Source: Cyanobacteria bacterium P01_D01_bin.156 (GTDB taxonomy: Bacteria > Cyanobacteriota > Cyanobacteriia > Phormidesmidales > Phormidesmidaceae). Taken from it: a stretch of 64,000 bases of DNA. The position numbers and the translations under genes were made by a program. Below are positions 8,243 through 17,312 of this stretch, one piece after another. The notes below the pieces were generated by a model. The model did not search any database and was not told the DNA's origin. It was given only the letters and a program-made list of their open reading frames with translations. The stretch lies in assembly GCA_039024555.1 (NCBI GenBank), contig JBCCQQ010000020.1:1-64000 (forward strand), written 5' to 3'. The first letter of the stretch is position 1, and every line of letters begins with the position of its first letter.

Positions 8243-8875
8243 CTAGGTTTCTAAAATCTCTTTGTTTGCTGCGATCAAGATTTCTAAACGTTGGGGTAAG
8301 GTGGTATCCCCCTGGGAGAGGCTAGCCAGGGCCACCTGGTCTTGCAGTTGCTGGAGCTGCTGGTGGGTTTGCTGCATGCGATCGCAACTTTTCTGCAGTT
8401 GCTTTTTTGCCATTTGTTGATAGGTGGGGGTTTGAATCTGGGCCTGAACCTGGAGACCATCGGCCACCTGCTGCGCTAAATCTACGACGGTATATAGGGC
8501 TTCTAGTAATTCTGTGTGGAGGGTGGGTTCGCGATCGCAAATACGAACAGCAAACGTTTGTGACTGTAATGCCCAATCTTTAACGGGTTGCCAGGTGCGA
8601 TCATTACCACGAGCTACCTGAGCCTGAATGGCGTCAATACGCTTTTGAAAGCTAACTGGGTTCAGTAAATCGCTGTGGTCATTGCTCTTCAGAGATGACG
8701 TTTGGTAGCCCTTTACCCAACTACTGGCCATAACTGCGGCGACTACACCGCCCCCGACCCAGGTTACAGGTCGGTTACCAGCCAAGGCAATCAGTAGACC
8801 AAAGCCAAATGCTATCCCCAAAAGTAAACCATAGGTCTGAGGTTGTCGTCCTAAGGCCGACCAGTTAATTGGCAT
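8243..8875 (-). CDS. Hypothetical 2-TM coiled-coil protein, first gene of the vWA operon
   Basis: Likely ATG 8875 (MPINWSAL); two hydrophobic helices then a Gln-rich helical region. Confidence 0.7.
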   Translation of the reverse strand: MPINWSALGRQPQTYGLLLGIAFGFGLLIALAGNRPVTWVGGGVVAAVMASSWVKGYQTSSLKSNDHSDLLNPVSFQKRIDAIQAQVARGNDRTWQPVKDWALQSQTFAVRICDREPTLHTELLEALYTVVDLAQQVADGLQVQAQIQTPTYQQMAKKQLQKSCDRMQQTHQQLQQLQDQVALASLSQGDTTLPQRLEILIAANKEILET

Positions 8876-9121
8876 AGGGATTGCAGCTCCATGTACTTTG
8901 CAAACAAACGCGGTAGTCAAGCTGTACTCAATATGAACGTTCCAATGGTAATAGAAGTCGTAACGAATCAAGCATCAGAGGTAATAAAAGGAAAATTACT
9001 TTTCGTCTTGATTTATCGGAACACCTCCATTAGCCAGCGCCTGTTGACAGTCCTTGCAAAATACACATGGTACGACAAACAAGAACAACCATTTTGTCAT
9101 CGTCTGCGATTCTGTTTAGAT

Positions 9122-9211
9122 GTATAAAAACCAAAGTCACCGGACCGTAATGTGTGGCTTTTAATTGGAAATAGCAGGCGAACACATCTCCGATGCATTG
9201 TGTTGTTATGT
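9122..9211 (-). mobile_element. Degenerate attC-like site
   Basis: Minus strand ACATAAC-aacacaatgcatcggag...cggtccggtgactttggtt-TTTATAC. The TAA stop of the phosphatase lies inside R''; the R' GTT is mutated to TTT. Confidence 0.6.
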
Positions 9212-9772
9212 TGACGATATCTCGTAATTAGTAAAGCCCCAATATTCTCTCGATGGTCTCTTTGAGCCTCTCCAGCCATTCTTTAGTAGCTCTTTTACAA
9301 TTAGGCGATTGAATATGCCATGACCTACGTACAGGATATGACCGTGCTCTTTTGACAGTTGCACTAATTTTCTCGATGCTTTTTCTGCTCTGAGCTTTGT
9401 ACTCCCATAGCTTTCAGCATTAGAAGAATAACCAAGAAACCATAAAATCCTGAATATTACAGCCCAGGCAAGAGGATGCAGATTGAGTGCAACATTATTT
9501 GGATAGGGCATTCCTGCCTCTGAAAACTGAGGACTTTTTAGTAAGATTTTGTTCTTCCCAATCTGTTCAGCAGACTCGATAGAGCGAGATAGATCACTGC
9601 ATACTATGAATTTGCAGTCTCGGGCTAACTTTTGAAGCTCTAATGCAGGCTTCGAGTGTTCTGCTAATGGGCTGGCATCATACGCTCGAATCCATTCACC
9701 CATTTTGGAAGCTGGAATTTTCGTTGTAGGTAATTCTCTCGGCTTACCGTGTCGAACTATCGTTATTTTCAA
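9206..9772 (-). CDS. Histidine phosphatase family protein (cassette-borne)
   Basis: IVRHGKP, CSDLSRSIESA and LYVGHG motifs. Confidence 0.88.
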   Translation of the reverse strand: MKITIVRHGKPRELPTTKIPASKMGEWIRAYDASPLAEHSKPALELQKLARDCKFIVCSDLSRSIESAEQIGKNKILLKSPQFSEAGMPYPNNVALNLHPLAWAVIFRILWFLGYSSNAESYGSTKLRAEKASRKLVQLSKEHGHILYVGHGIFNRLIVKELLKNGWRGSKRPSREYWGFTNYEISST

Positions 9773-9858
9773 AGTTACGCCTCAAATTAGCGGCGACATG
9801 TAACTTAAAAGTCAACATCCATAGTAGCCAATCGTCCGCTACATTTGAATTTTTATGT
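9772..9858 (-). mobile_element. Degenerate attC-like site
   Basis: Minus strand ACATAAA-aattcaaatgtagcggacg...gtcgccgctaatttgaggc-GTAACTT. Stem TCAAAT(G)TAGCGG/CCGCTAATTTGA with a single bulged base; both R boxes mutated. Confidence 0.6.
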
Positions 9859-9875
9859 AGTAAATTCCCTTTTTG

Positions 9876-11354
9876 CTAAAAAAGTTGCTTTAAGCCAGTA
9901 AGCATTTGTCGATAATTAAAGCAGTATTGTGCAAACGGATGGGAGAGGCTAGAGCCCTGTTTTATCCAGGTAAATATATCCCAACCTGACTCTACAAGAT
10001 CAGAAGCTGCGAAAACAAATTCTAGAGTATCAGTAAAAAATTGAACCTGATTAGAATGAACACTGTAATCAATTTTCGTACCTGATCCGTGGACATAGTA
10101 GTTCCGACAGTTAATAGCCTGATCTGTAACAAATTCAAGTTCTGGAAATCGATCGCCTACGACATCCGTAATCAGCTTGACTCGACTCTGAACCTTTCGT
10201 TTAAGTGATGGTTTTCCTATTCGACCTAAGGCGTTCAAGACGCTATCTCGCTCTGGACTAACAGGCAATTCCTTAAACAACTTACGTGTCTTTTGTTTGG
10301 CTTCAATTATATCAGGTGCTAGGGGAGTTGAAGAAGGATATGTAGACGAGGGAAGGATATCAAACATGTTAGCTGCGCCAACAATTCGGTCTATGGTGTA
10401 TCTATTTTGATGGGCAAAAGCTGTGGAAAATCTTGCCCTAGCACTTCTCCACTCGTCATTTCGTTCCAACCAATGCTTCAGAACATTGCTGAACTCATCC
10501 GGCTTAATTGCTGCTTGCAAGGGTAAATCAGCCGGATATGGCTTACGGGATCCATCATTGCGATTACGGTGTGGTGGCTCACACCAATACACGTCAAAAA
10601 GACTGAACTGTTCTTTTGTGTTCAAAGGCAAGAAGATCAGGTCAGAAATGTTCTGACATCTGCCTGCAATAACTTCTATAAACCTTAAAATATCAAGGAT
10701 GTTTCTGACTGATTCATCTATATCCTTCACAGAGTCAAACACTATGTTAATTTTGATCGTGTTGTTAATTTGTATACCCTTTGGTCCCGGCGACTGAAAT
10801 GAAGGGGCATGCGTCGCTGAAATTTTACCAAGGATAGTATCTGCTTCAAATATCTCATATTTGCCAGTGAAGTAAAAGAGACTAGGATGTTCTCCAAGCT
10901 CAATCTCTCTTCCCACTTTTGATGCCTTTCCCTCTAAGATATTCTTCAAATAAGACTTCGCATTTAATGCTAAGCCAAAAGCATCAAAATCATAGAATAT
11001 AGTCGCTGCATCATCAATACTGAAGCTGAGACTATGAATTATTTGGCATGAGGAGTGGATGTATTGATCACCAAAAATAACAAAGTGAGGAAAAATACTG
11101 ATTTTGTAACAGGGAGTTTCACCCTCTTTCACAAAATGTCTTGACCTTTCCATTTCAACACAGTTAATGAGTGATACTTTCTCCCCGTTAAAGAAAATTC
11201 CACAAATATCTGTACTTGTAATACTATTAACAGGCGATTCTGAATACAGCTCAAGAGCCGTTGCCGCTCCATCTAGAGATAGCTCGCCCTGCAATTTTAT
11301 ACCATTCATGAGCGTAAAGCACCCCGCCTTCTTAAAACCCTTGTACTTTTTCAT
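9876..11354 (-). CDS. ApeA-like protein (N-terminal domain plus HEPN RNase domain), putative anti-phage effector
   Basis: 492 aa, AT-rich; C-terminal R-x4-H motif (RNYYVH); beta-rich N-terminus consistent with ApeA-type architecture. Confidence 0.7.
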   Translation of the reverse strand: MKKYKGFKKAGCFTLMNGIKLQGELSLDGAATALELYSESPVNSITSTDICGIFFNGEKVSLINCVEMERSRHFVKEGETPCYKISIFPHFVIFGDQYIHSSCQIIHSLSFSIDDAATIFYDFDAFGLALNAKSYLKNILEGKASKVGREIELGEHPSLFYFTGKYEIFEADTILGKISATHAPSFQSPGPKGIQINNTIKINIVFDSVKDIDESVRNILDILRFIEVIAGRCQNISDLIFLPLNTKEQFSLFDVYWCEPPHRNRNDGSRKPYPADLPLQAAIKPDEFSNVLKHWLERNDEWRSARARFSTAFAHQNRYTIDRIVGAANMFDILPSSTYPSSTPLAPDIIEAKQKTRKLFKELPVSPERDSVLNALGRIGKPSLKRKVQSRVKLITDVVGDRFPELEFVTDQAINCRNYYVHGSGTKIDYSVHSNQVQFFTDTLEFVFAASDLVESGWDIFTWIKQGSSLSHPFAQYCFNYRQMLTGLKQLF

Positions 11355-11507
11355 TACTGGAGTGCTTTTCCCAATCTTAAATATTCATTGATTCTTTTAA
11401 AGAAGAAAGAATTTATCCTCACTAGAGATATTTAAGGACTCAAATACAAATTCTAGTCATTACTATTGAGTCGGTGCAAGACATACGGAAGATCACAGAC
11501 TACTGTG

Positions 11508-11596
11508 GCAGAAGCATTAAGCTGAGCCACAGACGCCGTCGAGTACAACGCCGTTGGACTAGCGGTCGTTTGTCGGTTCCAGCGAGATTGTTCTTC
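11508..11596 (-). mobile_element. Degenerate attC-like site
   Basis: Minus strand GAAGAAC-aatctcgctggaaccgac...gtctgtggctcagcttaatg-CTTCTGC; L-box-like GCTGGAACC/GGCTCAGC; R' G mutated to C. Confidence 0.55.
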
Positions 11597-11663
11597 CGTA
11601 GCTTTCGCGATTTTATCATATAGCACCAAACGTTTGTACTATTGCTACGATAAAACTATGGAC

Positions 11664-11826
11664 TAGATCTACTTTTTCGGTCTATCTCCCCTTATCAACA
11701 GACTATACTGCAAACTTCCAGTCTATCCATCTAGATTGATGCACTATACTACTGCAAATTGTCCGCATAGCATGATCTTACTGGGAAGATATATGGAAAC
11801 ATTCAGTCTATCTCCTAACCCAAATC
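11664..11826 (-). repeat. Phased-dyad repeat element copy C (GTT core missing)
   Basis: Colinear with 5316-5476 (TAGATCTACTTTTTC.GTCTATCTCCCCTTATC...CTATACTGCAAACT); diverges just where the GTT core would follow. Confidence 0.75.
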
Positions 11827-11827
11827 A

Positions 11828-12535
11828 TTAAAAACTTGATTGAGAGTCTTGTTTCTGATCAAGCTGAGCGACAAATGCTTGATGCTTATCTGTTGTAATA
11901 CTTCGCTGAACTTGGGTAAGAACAGTCGCTAAATCTCCTTTCAAAAGAGCTTCTACCGGTAGTTCTAATCCAGGAAATATCTTACTCTGAACAACCCCCT
12001 CATCATCAGGTAAAAGTAGTACGTAATCGCCATCTTTTAGCGAATACCAACTAATTTTATTCTCAGCCACCTGCCAAACAACATACTCCCTCACCCCATT
12101 ACGGCGATAAACCGTTTTCTTCTCATACAAATCATAGGCCGCACTACTAGCTGCAATCTCAACAATTAGTTCTGGAGCCCCTTCCACATAATCATCATCG
12201 CTAATACGCGACTGCCCACCACACGCTTCATCAATCCGCAGTAACGCATCTGGCTGTGGTTCATTATCCAAGTCCAACCGTACTGTGGTGTTATCAGCTA
12301 CCTCAGTCCCCGGCGTAAACGCTGCGTAGGCCGCCAGCCAACCCATAATTGCACTGTGAGGTTTTCCATGGCGTCGATATCTCAGCGCTGCAGGCACGTA
12401 AACCACTCCTTCAATCAGTTCTGCTTTCTTCAAATGAGGCATCGCCGCATAACGCCGCTCAAATTCTTGACGACTCAGATGATCGCCATTTTCTAAGGGC
12501 AGTGGTTTAACAGTGGCTACATTGGCTAAGGTCAT
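11828..12535 (-). CDS. Uma2 (DUF820) family endonuclease-fold protein
   Basis: LENGDHLSRQEFERRY, AELIEGVVY, EPQPD and PELIVEIAASS motifs. Confidence 0.92.
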   Translation of the reverse strand: MTLANVATVKPLPLENGDHLSRQEFERRYAAMPHLKKAELIEGVVYVPAALRYRRHGKPHSAIMGWLAAYAAFTPGTEVADNTTVRLDLDNEPQPDALLRIDEACGGQSRISDDDYVEGAPELIVEIAASSAAYDLYEKKTVYRRNGVREYVVWQVAENKISWYSLKDGDYVLLLPDDEGVVQSKIFPGLELPVEALLKGDLATVLTQVQRSITTDKHQAFVAQLDQKQDSQSSF

Positions 12536-12600
12536 TGGCTGAAAAACCTGGCTAACGTCTCATTCCAGAACGTCTGCGCTGATTCTAACGCATTAACTCT

Positions 12601-14094
12601 CTATGGCTGCTTTTGCTGATATTGTTCCTCAACAGACTGACGTACTTCAGTCTGTAATCTTTCCAACGCCGAATCACTCTTGGCATTATTCACAATGGTA
12701 CGCATCAAAGTCTTAATCCCCTGCGGTCCCCAAGAACATCCCTGCTCTAAATACACCCGAGCCGCCTGCCCCACTGCGTAGGTTCCATAGCCAGCCGCTG
12801 CTGCCTGGGCACCCATCGCCCCCGCATAGGCCGTTAATCCAGAAGTACCATCCACCAAACTCCACAGAGCCGCACCACTTTTACCAATGCCCAATAGCAA
12901 CGTACTGCCCAGCTCGCTCAACACCAGCGTCCCAGAGCTACGAACAATCGCCTGCCATAGCTTGCTAGCTTCAAAATTGGTCATGGGAAAACCATAGAGC
13001 TTTGCCAGGTTGCGAATCATCACCAGGTCTGACGTAACCCCACCGAGGATATCGAGAACTGCCACTGGGTTGAGTGCGATCGCAGCCGCCTTATACTTAG
13101 CAAACTGCAAAATAATCTCATCCGCCGCCACCTGGTTGAGCTCTGTTGTCGCCTTAGCCAGCTCCGTATCCACCCGATTTGCCTGATGCAGCGTATTCAG
13201 CGCCACCAGCGTCGGCCCTTCTGATTGGATTAGCTCAATCAATGCCGTTTGCAACGGCTCAATCTCCGATGGTAGCGTCTCCCAGTCTTCCGTAATGCGA
13301 CCATCGGGCCACTCTGTCCGCACCTGAATGGGCGCAGGTTCCGCCGCTACCAAAATCACCTCATCTACCAGAGGTAAATCTGTTTCAGGGACAGCAGAAG
13401 TCTCTTCCGTAGTATCGTCTTTCTCTTCTTGTTCTTTATTGAGCTGGGTCTGTAACCGCTGCAGGTTATCGTAAACCGCTTGTTTATCCGTATCTGGATA
13501 TAAATCTGTTTTGTTAAACACCAGCAGTAGCGGCTTGCGAGTCTCGTACAAAGTTTGCAAGGCTGTGTACTCAGTGCGGGTAATATCTCCAGCCACCACA
13601 AACAGAATTAAGTCTGCCTGCTGCGCCACATCTTGGGCCACCTGCCCCCGTTCTGCTCCTTCAATTTCATCGAGACCAGGGGTATCAATCAGTTCAATTT
13701 TTAGGGTAGAAGGTCCCTCTTCCGATTCCACAGCGGGTGTCCAATAAATAGACCGTGGCCACTGGGTCACGCCATTTAGGGGACCTGTTTCTAGAATTTT
13801 CTCCCCTACCAGGGCATTGAGCACCGCCGATTTACCACGACTCACCAGACCAAAAACCGCCACCCGTAGCAGGGTACTATCGAGCTTATTTAACAATGTG
13901 GTCAGCTGATCGATGCCAGACTTTACAGCCGCCTGACGCTTGAGTTCGTCAGCATTCGACCGGGTCAGCTCAAGCTGGGGAATGTAGCGATCAATGGTTT
14001 GTCGGAGACTTTCACGGGCCTGTTCTACCAGTGGGTAGGGGTTAGCCTCCACTGGGGCGTCGGTAACATCCTGCAAAATGGCTGGGTCTGTCAT
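12601..14094 (-). CDS. Era-like GTPase with DUF697 domain
   Basis: GLVSRGKS, DTPG and NKTD GTPase motifs; ALNPVAVLD DUF697 region. Confidence 0.88.
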   Translation of the reverse strand: MTDPAILQDVTDAPVEANPYPLVEQARESLRQTIDRYIPQLELTRSNADELKRQAAVKSGIDQLTTLLNKLDSTLLRVAVFGLVSRGKSAVLNALVGEKILETGPLNGVTQWPRSIYWTPAVESEEGPSTLKIELIDTPGLDEIEGAERGQVAQDVAQQADLILFVVAGDITRTEYTALQTLYETRKPLLLVFNKTDLYPDTDKQAVYDNLQRLQTQLNKEQEEKDDTTEETSAVPETDLPLVDEVILVAAEPAPIQVRTEWPDGRITEDWETLPSEIEPLQTALIELIQSEGPTLVALNTLHQANRVDTELAKATTELNQVAADEIILQFAKYKAAAIALNPVAVLDILGGVTSDLVMIRNLAKLYGFPMTNFEASKLWQAIVRSSGTLVLSELGSTLLLGIGKSGAALWSLVDGTSGLTAYAGAMGAQAAAAGYGTYAVGQAARVYLEQGCSWGPQGIKTLMRTIVNNAKSDSALERLQTEVRQSVEEQYQQKQP

Positions 14095-14135
14095 GGTAGA
14101 GGGCGAGTAAGTAGATAATCCCAGTCGGATAGGGG

Positions 14136-14215
14136 GGAATTTGGAATTCGGAAGTCTGAATTCGGAAGTTTGAAAGAGTGAGCATTCCGAATTCCTAACT
14201 CCGAATTCCTAACTC
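14136..14215. repeat. STRR-like short tandem repeats in inverted arrangement
   Basis: GAATTCGGAAGT(C/T)T x2 facing CCGAATTCCTAACT x2 (7/14-bp units). Confidence 0.7.
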
Positions 14216-14266
14216 TAGTTTCCTTGGGAAAATCATTCCGCTTTATGTGGATACCCCAACAGCAGT

Positions 14267-15652
14267 CTAGTTAGCTGCAGCCGCTATGGGCAGATGGGGA
14301 ATCGCCTGGACAACAAAGTCCTTAAGAGCCAATCCCTGCCGCGCCTTTTGGAAGAGCGTTTGTAGCCGGTCGCCCAGCCCTTCAAAGTTCAGCTCAGTCG
14401 CCTCTAGAAGACTCTGCTCTTCGAAGTAATCAATCAGCGTCAGACCCGCTAATCGAGTTAGATAGGCCGCACTAACTCCCTGTAGGGCACCCCCAGCCAC
14501 ATAGGTGGTTACATGGCCTTTGAGCACAGTACCCAGCGCTTGGGTGGCCAGTTCCACGAGACCCAACTTTACGGTGAGTTCAGCAATGGTGCTGGCAGCA
14601 GCTTTTGCCTGTTCCATGGAAAACGTTTGACCATAGATTGCGCCTAAGTCCAACACCAGCTGGCCCGTAATGGCTGCTGCCGCCAACAGATCAACGGTGG
14701 CAATGGGGTTCGCAAAGGCGGTCCCTGCTGCAATCCACTGCATTTGTTCAATCACAGGCATTGCCCGTTGGCGGCGATACTCGTTCAAGGTGTGGGTAAT
14801 CCGCTGCTGCAAGGCCTTTGTCTGGCGTAGGGTAGTTGCCATCACTAGGGGAGTCGGATCTGCAATAGCGGCTTCTAGCTTCTTGCTCAAAGCAGCTACA
14901 TCAGCGGCAGGCTGCTCAAAGAACTCGGTAACCTCTCCAGAGTCTGCATGGCGACGTACTTTAATAGGGTTAGGATTAGCTGCGATCGCAACCACTTCTA
15001 CATTCCGTGCGGCCAGCCTTTGTTTCACACTATCTAACACCACCGCCTTATCCATGGGGGTGTACTGGTCCTGTTTGTTTAGCACCACCAGTACCTGGTA
15101 ACCCTCATCGATCAGGCTTTCCACCCGATTTAGTTCAGACGCCGTCATATCCCCGGCAATGGTGAGCAGCACGAGATCGGCATCGCCCAGATTATCGGGT
15201 TGGTCGGCAACGGTAACGTTAGAAAAGTCAGTCGCCTCAAGACAGTTAAAGAGCGCGGTTTTTCCAGTGGACTTATTACCCGTAATGGCAACGGCCAGGT
15301 TAGTGCGCTCCAGGCTATCTAACAGTAGGTCGTGCTCAGTGCGATAAATTTCTGCCTGGGCAGCGGCTTTAATATCTTCAGTAAGCAACAGGTCAATCAG
15401 CTGGTCGGCCTTTTCCAAAGCTTTATCAATCGTATCTCGCTTAACGCTTACCTGCTTCTTAGGCACTGCAATAACGGTAGAGCGCTGCTGATTTAGCCAC
15501 CAAAGGCTAGAACCCAGTGCGATCGCCCCTAGCATTAGGGACCCGTCTGGTATGTGATGGACAATGTCGAGCAGCCATAGACTGGCGCTTAACCCCAAAC
15601 CACCGATCAGAATAGGACGCTTGATTGCGATGTCCATAGTCCCTATACCCAC
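14267..15652 (-). CDS. YcjF/DUF697 family protein with a degenerate GTPase domain
   Basis: GNKSTGKT and LNKQD motifs; AFANPIATVDLL. Confidence 0.8.
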   Translation of the reverse strand: MGIGTMDIAIKRPILIGGLGLSASLWLLDIVHHIPDGSLMLGAIALGSSLWWLNQQRSTVIAVPKKQVSVKRDTIDKALEKADQLIDLLLTEDIKAAAQAEIYRTEHDLLLDSLERTNLAVAITGNKSTGKTALFNCLEATDFSNVTVADQPDNLGDADLVLLTIAGDMTASELNRVESLIDEGYQVLVVLNKQDQYTPMDKAVVLDSVKQRLAARNVEVVAIAANPNPIKVRRHADSGEVTEFFEQPAADVAALSKKLEAAIADPTPLVMATTLRQTKALQQRITHTLNEYRRQRAMPVIEQMQWIAAGTAFANPIATVDLLAAAAITGQLVLDLGAIYGQTFSMEQAKAAASTIAELTVKLGLVELATQALGTVLKGHVTTYVAGGALQGVSAAYLTRLAGLTLIDYFEEQSLLEATELNFEGLGDRLQTLFQKARQGLALKDFVVQAIPHLPIAAAAN

Positions 15653-15872
15653 GAGTTGTGTTTTCTACATTACCGTGCTGATTTAGAAGCTAAAACACTC
15701 TGTCAATTCAGCTAGCCCGGATGTAACCACTACGGTTAGTCCAAAGGTTAGTAACGCTCCTATATTTTATAAAGCCCGGTAGTCGCTACTAGGTGGAAAA
15801 CCCAACAGATTTAATACAAGGCTTAAAGATCGGCCAATTGGCGGTGTGGTTTATACGCCATCGCTAAGCCTG

Positions 15873-15928
15873 AAGTCGGAATTTGGAGTTTGGAGTTCGG
15901 AGTGCCCTTCCTTTCCGAACTCCAAACT
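15873..15928. repeat. STRR-like heptamer repeats forming a hairpin
   Basis: Perfect 15-bp inverted repeat AGTTTGGAGTTCGGA (15887-15901) / TCCGAACTCCAAACT (15914-15928). Confidence 0.7.
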
Positions 15929-15982
15929 GGGCTCCCTCAAGAGTGCTATAACTCAGGTGTCCCCACCACATTACTGATAGTT

Positions 15983-16801
15983 ATGGTCGCGTCTGTTCTT
16001 CGCCACAGTACCCTCCTGGGTCGCTTAATGTTGGACTATGACACCACCGATGAATTGGGTATGGTGGATGGTTTATTGGTGAATATCGCCCAAGCCACTG
16101 TGGTCGGCATCGTTATCCAAGGTCCCCTATGGCAACGACAACGCCCCATTTACGGCTGGAGCCAGGTGACTAATGTTGGCGATAGCCTGGTCCTGCAGCG
16201 TCGTTCTGGGGAACCCCCTAGTGCTGCGGCCCAACCGATGGTGGGGTTGGAAGTATGGACGGATACGGGCAACTGCCTAGGTAAAATTGTGGACTATCGG
16301 TTTGAACGCCAGGGTGCCATCAGCCAATACCTTTTTGCACAACCTGAACGGCCTGGACTGTATGGGCTCCCCCCAGAGGCTATTATTAGCGCCGGTCGCA
16401 AACGAATTATGGTGTCAGAACAGTCGGCAGCTCGGGCGGAGCATTTTGCCGATGAAACAGTGCCTATGGATCAACAGGACTGGCAAACAACGGCTCAATC
16501 TACGGCCCAGTCTTTCGTAGGTCAAGTACAGCAGCGTGCCCAGGGGTTATCGGACTATGCCCAAGAACGTTGGCTGGCAGAGGAGCAGCTACAGTCAACA
16601 TCTCAACAGTTTCAGGAACGCACCCAGGGGTTGCGATCGCAGCTGAATCAACAAGTTTCCAAGGCTAAAAAACGACTAGGTCCCCTTAATAAAGCCCTAG
16701 AAAACAGACTAGAGAATACGCTGGACAAGTTTAATCAGTCATCTGAAACTCCGTCCATCGATTTGGACTCTTTTGAAGTATGGGAAGAAGACGAGCAGTA
16801 A
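15983..16801 (+). CDS. PRC-barrel domain protein
   Basis: Two PRC-like repeats (LLGRLMLDYDTTDELGMV; MVGLEVWTDTGNCLGKIVDY). ATG 15983 is preferred because the longer ORF starts inside the repeat. Confidence 0.8.
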   Translation: MVASVLRHSTLLGRLMLDYDTTDELGMVDGLLVNIAQATVVGIVIQGPLWQRQRPIYGWSQVTNVGDSLVLQRRSGEPPSAAAQPMVGLEVWTDTGNCLGKIVDYRFERQGAISQYLFAQPERPGLYGLPPEAIISAGRKRIMVSEQSAARAEHFADETVPMDQQDWQTTAQSTAQSFVGQVQQRAQGLSDYAQERWLAEEQLQSTSQQFQERTQGLRSQLNQQVSKAKKRLGPLNKALENRLENTLDKFNQSSETPSIDLDSFEVWEEDEQ

Positions 16802-17089
16802 AGCTGACCTTCCCCTTACCATAAAGACTTTAGCCAAGTTAGCCTATTGGGCGAAATAGTAGCCATATTGAGTGCGTTGAAAAATACATTCCAGTTTGCT
16901 TTCTTCGGAATCAAAAATATACCTCTCAAGTATGGAACATTTATACGATGGGACGTATTGACCTATTCTAGGTTCCACGACGGAAGTTCTTGGCTCAATA
17001 ACTGTTCCAGGGAGATTGCTGACTGAATCTTTGAGATAAGCCACTGGTTTGCCTAATGAGACCAGAAAAGCTTTGAGCGTTCCAGCAAT

Positions 17090-17307
17090 AAAGTTCCTCC
17101 TACAGCCTCACAGTCATGTGAACCCATAGGAGAAAGCAAAATGTCGAATTTGGATCAAAGCCTTTAACGGTCGAAGTGGGATTGTAAGTACCACGTGATA
17201 TGCCTAAATATCGAAAGAACGCAAAATTGGGACTAAATGTCGAAAGAACGAAATATTAGGAGATATTCGTTGCCATTTAGTCCCAATTATTCATGGAACT
17301 TACGTGA
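17090..17307 (+). mobile_element. IS200/IS605-family tnpA remnant with left-end hairpin
   Basis: From ATG 17141: MSNLDQSL*RSKWDCKYHVI..PKYRK..GDIRCHLVPII. Upstream hairpin TCACAGTCATGTGA and RBS AGGAG. Confidence 0.75.
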
Positions 17308-17312
17308 CTTAG

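Noticed and set aside
11628..11641. Cyanobacterial LexA box (AGTACAAACGTTT on the minus strand)
   Set aside because: Only one half-site matches RGTAC-N3-DGTWC
16837..17044. 66-aa minus-strand ORF whose stop is followed by GGCTAAC, as another cassette
   Set aside because: No attC stem or R' follows and the ORF has no recognisable family; it may be a fragment cut by the IS200 remnant
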